Program-made: the position numbers and the translations under genes
The notes under the pieces: generated by a model
What the model was told of the DNA's origin: nothing
What the model saw: the letters and a program-made list of their open reading frames with translations, nothing else
Databases searched by the model: none
Origin: Zancudomyces culisetae HAW-14-8
Lineage: Eukaryota > Fungi > Kickxellomycota
Assembly (NCBI GenBank): GCA_052426225.1
Contig: JBNJNM010000011.1
Coordinates: forward strand, 806,001 to 870,000
Direction: 5' to 3'
Length of the DNA stretch: 64,000 bases
Shown here: positions 61,330 to 64,000 of the stretch, one piece after another
Position numbering within the stretch: position 1 is the first letter of the stretch
Layout: every line of letters begins with the position of its first letter

Positions 61330-64000
61330 TCAAAACATTTCTCCGTTAACCGAACTGGGGGTATTTTTCAAATATGACGGCATGCTATCATCAAGAGCCT
61401 TATCAGTACCATTATCATTACCATTACCATTACCAGCATCAGTATTAAATCCAGCCGCAGTATTAACACCAAGTTCAGACTTCAGAGTAGAGCTAATCAT
61501 CGTTGAGGGCCCCCCGGTAGCATTAGAAATATATGGGATAAGAGGAATAGTTTGGGCACCAGTCTCAGTATCAACCATGTCAATAAAATCATCAAACTTG
61601 TAGCGCTCAGCCAATCGATCATTCTGTTGTGGAGCTAGAGTAGCATCGTCACCCTCACTGGTTCTGGGAAGAGCACTATCTACATGTGATTTTTTTCTGT
61701 TTTGGACACTATCCAACAGTGCCTTATTTATTTTGCGGGTGACATCAAATTTCTTATCAACATGGCCACCTTTCTTTGAAAGATCATCCCTTTTTTGCGG
61801 TTTGGATGGCTTGAGCATAGAAGAGGTGGTAGCGGCAGGTTCAGGAACAGGTATGAATGGTGTATTGATCGCACCAGGTGGTGATACACCTTGTTGTACT
61901 TTTGGTTCTTCTAGGCTGCCTTCAGGTAATAGCATACCCAAACCTAAACCGCCTGTAATCTCAAAGCTACGTTTTTCATCAGAAGAGTCCAAGTAATCCA
62001 TATTCAGACCCACGTCATAGTATGATGTCGGAGTGACGGATTTTAAAAATGGGCCATTCGCCTTCTTGGTTGGTTCGAGGCTAAGGAATTCAAACTCCTT
62101 GGGCTTAGATTCTTGACGCTTCGGTGCAGCAGGGGTTGTTTCCCCATGAGACTCTATTGCCTTTTCAAAAAAAGCAAGATCAGCCTTCTTTTCTTGTTGA
62201 GCATCATGTGGGGCAAGTGTGCTTGGAGGAATACTATATTCTATTAAACCCTTTTTAGGGAAAATGTCGGTTCTCCGTCTGTAATAGAAGACTCTGTTTA
62301 GGGTCAACTTCAATATCTCTGTGAAAATAACCTGGACGAATATAGCGGCCAAAATCAGTAACCAGGCATAACCGTTTAGAGGCACAACAGTTAGCCAGTC
62401 TGCTATCGGTTTGACATACATACACAGCACGAGCGAGCCAAAGGATCCAGCAACAGCTACCAACATTATTTTGTTTGATAATATTCCGGTTTTGAACACA
62501 GATCTGGTGACGGATCTTGATAAGAAGCAAAGAGATAGCTGAAGAGTGATGATTGTGGCAAAGGCCATGGATTGTCCTATTCGTAATAGTTCTTTCTCAT
62601 TTTCTCTGTTATCGCTAGTATTATTAGAAAGAATAAGCGGACTAAATGTGTCAAAGGTAGCTTGATCAAATGGTGGATTGACTACCACTTTCAAACCAAT
62701 GGACGTGCAAATGGAAACCAAATAGTAGGCCAAGCTGACAACACCAATATAAAATGCCTGACCTAATAACAGAATCAGTGTGGGCATGTTCAAAATACCT
62801 GCAGATGGTTCGCGTGGAGGTCTTCGCAAAATGTTTTGTTCTTGTGGCTCCAACCCTACAGACATTGCAGGTGGAATATCGGCAATGATGTTTGCCCATA
62901 ATACCATTATTGTAGTCAAGGGCAGTTCGGCGTTTATGGCGGATGCGAGCAAAAACAATACTATTTCCGCAGTATTGCACGAAAGTAGGTAGATAATAAA
63001 CTTCAAAATATTATCAAACACACGTCTTCCCTCCTCTACGGCACAAACAATTGTAGCAAAGTTGTCGTTTTGAAGAACCATATCTGCTGCTTGTTTAGTG
63101 ATTTCAGTTCCATTTATTCCCATCGCTATTCCAATATCCGCTTGTCGAACTGCAGGTGCGTCGTTGACACCATCACCTGTCATTGCTGTAATATGTCCCA
63201 TCTTTTGCAGTGCTTTTACTATCTTTAGTTTGTGATCCGGTGAAACTCGTGCAAAGACACTTGGGAAAGGTTTTAATTCCAAAATTGCTTCATCGCTCAG
63301 GAGATCTAGCTCAGGCCCGGCCAATGCCCGCTCCATACTAGGAACACCTGCTTTTAAAATACCTAGCTGACCTGCTATCGCAGACGCAGTCTCAATATGG
63401 TCTCCTGTAATCATCACCACTTTTATTCCTGCACTCTGGCACAGCTCTATTGCTTCTTTAACTCCTTTTTTGGGTGGATCAGTAATCCCAACCATACCAC
63501 AAAAAGTGAGCTCACTTTCAGCCCAGTTTAACTTTCGGTTAATAAGATCCCTTTTCTCTTGTGCTTCTTTGTTTTTGTCGCCCTTGTTTCCATCAGAAAC
63601 ACTTGCGGCACTATCGCTTTTTTCTATTAACTCCTTATACTCATTACTGCTAGTATCCACTTTTTTCATTGCAACTCCAAGTACACGAAGCCCTCGTCTT
63701 GCCATCAAAGTGCACTGCTCAGCTATTTCTCTCGATTCTTTGGTTGTTATTAAAAGGCTTTCTCCATTTTTGTCCATCCTGTGTGTACATGCTCCCAGCA
63801 ACGCCTCGGGCGCACCTTTTGCAAAGACAAACACTTCGCTTTCCATGTTGTTATTCTTGACAATCACACTCATTCTTTTTCTTTCAGAATCAAACGAATT
63901 TTCAAGAATCCTTGTATATGAATAACCAGATTTCTTTTCAAACCCATCCTTTTCACCAGCTTCGTGAGGTATAAGCTTTGATTTGTATGCTAATAAAAGA
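61330..64000 (-). CDS. Type II P-type cation ATPase (Ca2+- or Na+/K+-type), 5' partial
   Basis: FDSERKRMS, KGAPE, DPPK, MITGDH, FARVSP, MTGDGVNDAPA, M5 YLLSCNTAE, M6 LWANIIADIPPA; the frame continues past the window end. Confidence 0.93.
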   Translation of the reverse strand, partial: LLLAYKSKLIPHEAGEKDGFEKKSGYSYTRILENSFDSERKRMSVIVKNNNMESEVFVFAKGAPEALLGACTHRMDKNGESLLITTKESREIAEQCTLMARRGLRVLGVAMKKVDTSSNEYKELIEKSDSAASVSDGNKGDKNKEAQEKRDLINRKLNWAESELTFCGMVGITDPPKKGVKEAIELCQSAGIKVVMITGDHIETASAIAGQLGILKAGVPSMERALAGPELDLLSDEAILELKPFPSVFARVSPDHKLKIVKALQKMGHITAMTGDGVNDAPAVRQADIGIAMGINGTEITKQAADMVLQNDNFATIVCAVEEGRRVFDNILKFIIYLLSCNTAEIVLFLLASAINAELPLTTIMVLWANIIADIPPAMSVGLEPQEQNILRRPPREPSAGILNMPTLILLLGQAFYIGVVSLAYYLVSICTSIGLKVVVNPPFDQATFDTFSPLILSNNTSDNRENEKELLRIGQSMAFATIITLQLSLCFLSRSVTRSVFKTGILSNKIMLVAVAGSFGSLVLCMYVKPIADWLTVVPLNGYAWLLILAAIFVQVIFTEILKLTLNRVFYYRRRTDIFPKKGLIEYSIPPSTLAPHDAQQEKKADLAFFEKAIESHGETTPAAPKRQESKPKEFEFLSLEPTKKANGPFLKSVTPTSYYDVGLNMDYLDSSDEKRSFEITGGLGLGMLLPEGSLEEPKVQQGVSPPGAINTPFIPVPEPAATTSSMLKPSKPQKRDDLSKKGGHVDKKFDVTRKINKALLDSVQNRKKSHVDSALPRTSEGDDATLAPQQNDRLAERYKFDDFIDMVDTETGAQTIPLIPYISNATGGPSTMISSTLKSELGVNTAAGFNTDAGNGNGNDNGTDKALDDSMPSYLKNTPSSVNGEMF

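Noticed and set aside
44329-64000. pacC plus P-ATPase as a pH/salt (PacC-ENA) gene cluster
   Set aside because: The genes are 14 kb apart with unrelated genes between, the pump is not clearly ENA-type, and its promoter is outside the window.

Overview
Eukaryotic, AT-rich, gene-dense fungal genomic DNA with short GT-AG introns. The gene content (animal-type glutamate dehydrogenase, Dnmt2, PacC, Rnc1, M28 Lap1) suggests an early-diverging fungus, plausibly Kickxellomycotina/Harpellales (arthropod gut fungi); this assignment is inference. About 21 protein-coding genes are supportable, in order: a partial Rnc1-like KH protein, a secreted Tyr-Pro-Thr repeat mucin-like protein, a CCHC zinc-knuckle protein, a Sfi1-like protein, secreted Ser/Ala-rich paralog A, OST3/6, 5-formyl-THF cyclo-ligase, a kynurenine formamidase-like hydrolase, paralog B, CTF18, an orphan secreted protein, a class I PDE, QCR7, a Mn-type CDF transporter, a STIMATE-like membrane protein, PacC/Rim101, GDH, Dnmt2, ROK1, Lap1, a small mitochondrial ORF and a partial type II P-ATPase. 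A decayed LINE 3' end follows the mucin-like gene. The most unusual structure is the pair of outward-facing secreted-protein paralogs. Their promoters and 5' coding ends form an apparently identical ~540-bp inverted repeat around a 7.4-kb three-gene segment, while their 3' halves are highly diverged apart from a shared two-motif domain with different linkers. No tRNA, rRNA or CRISPR features were recognised.
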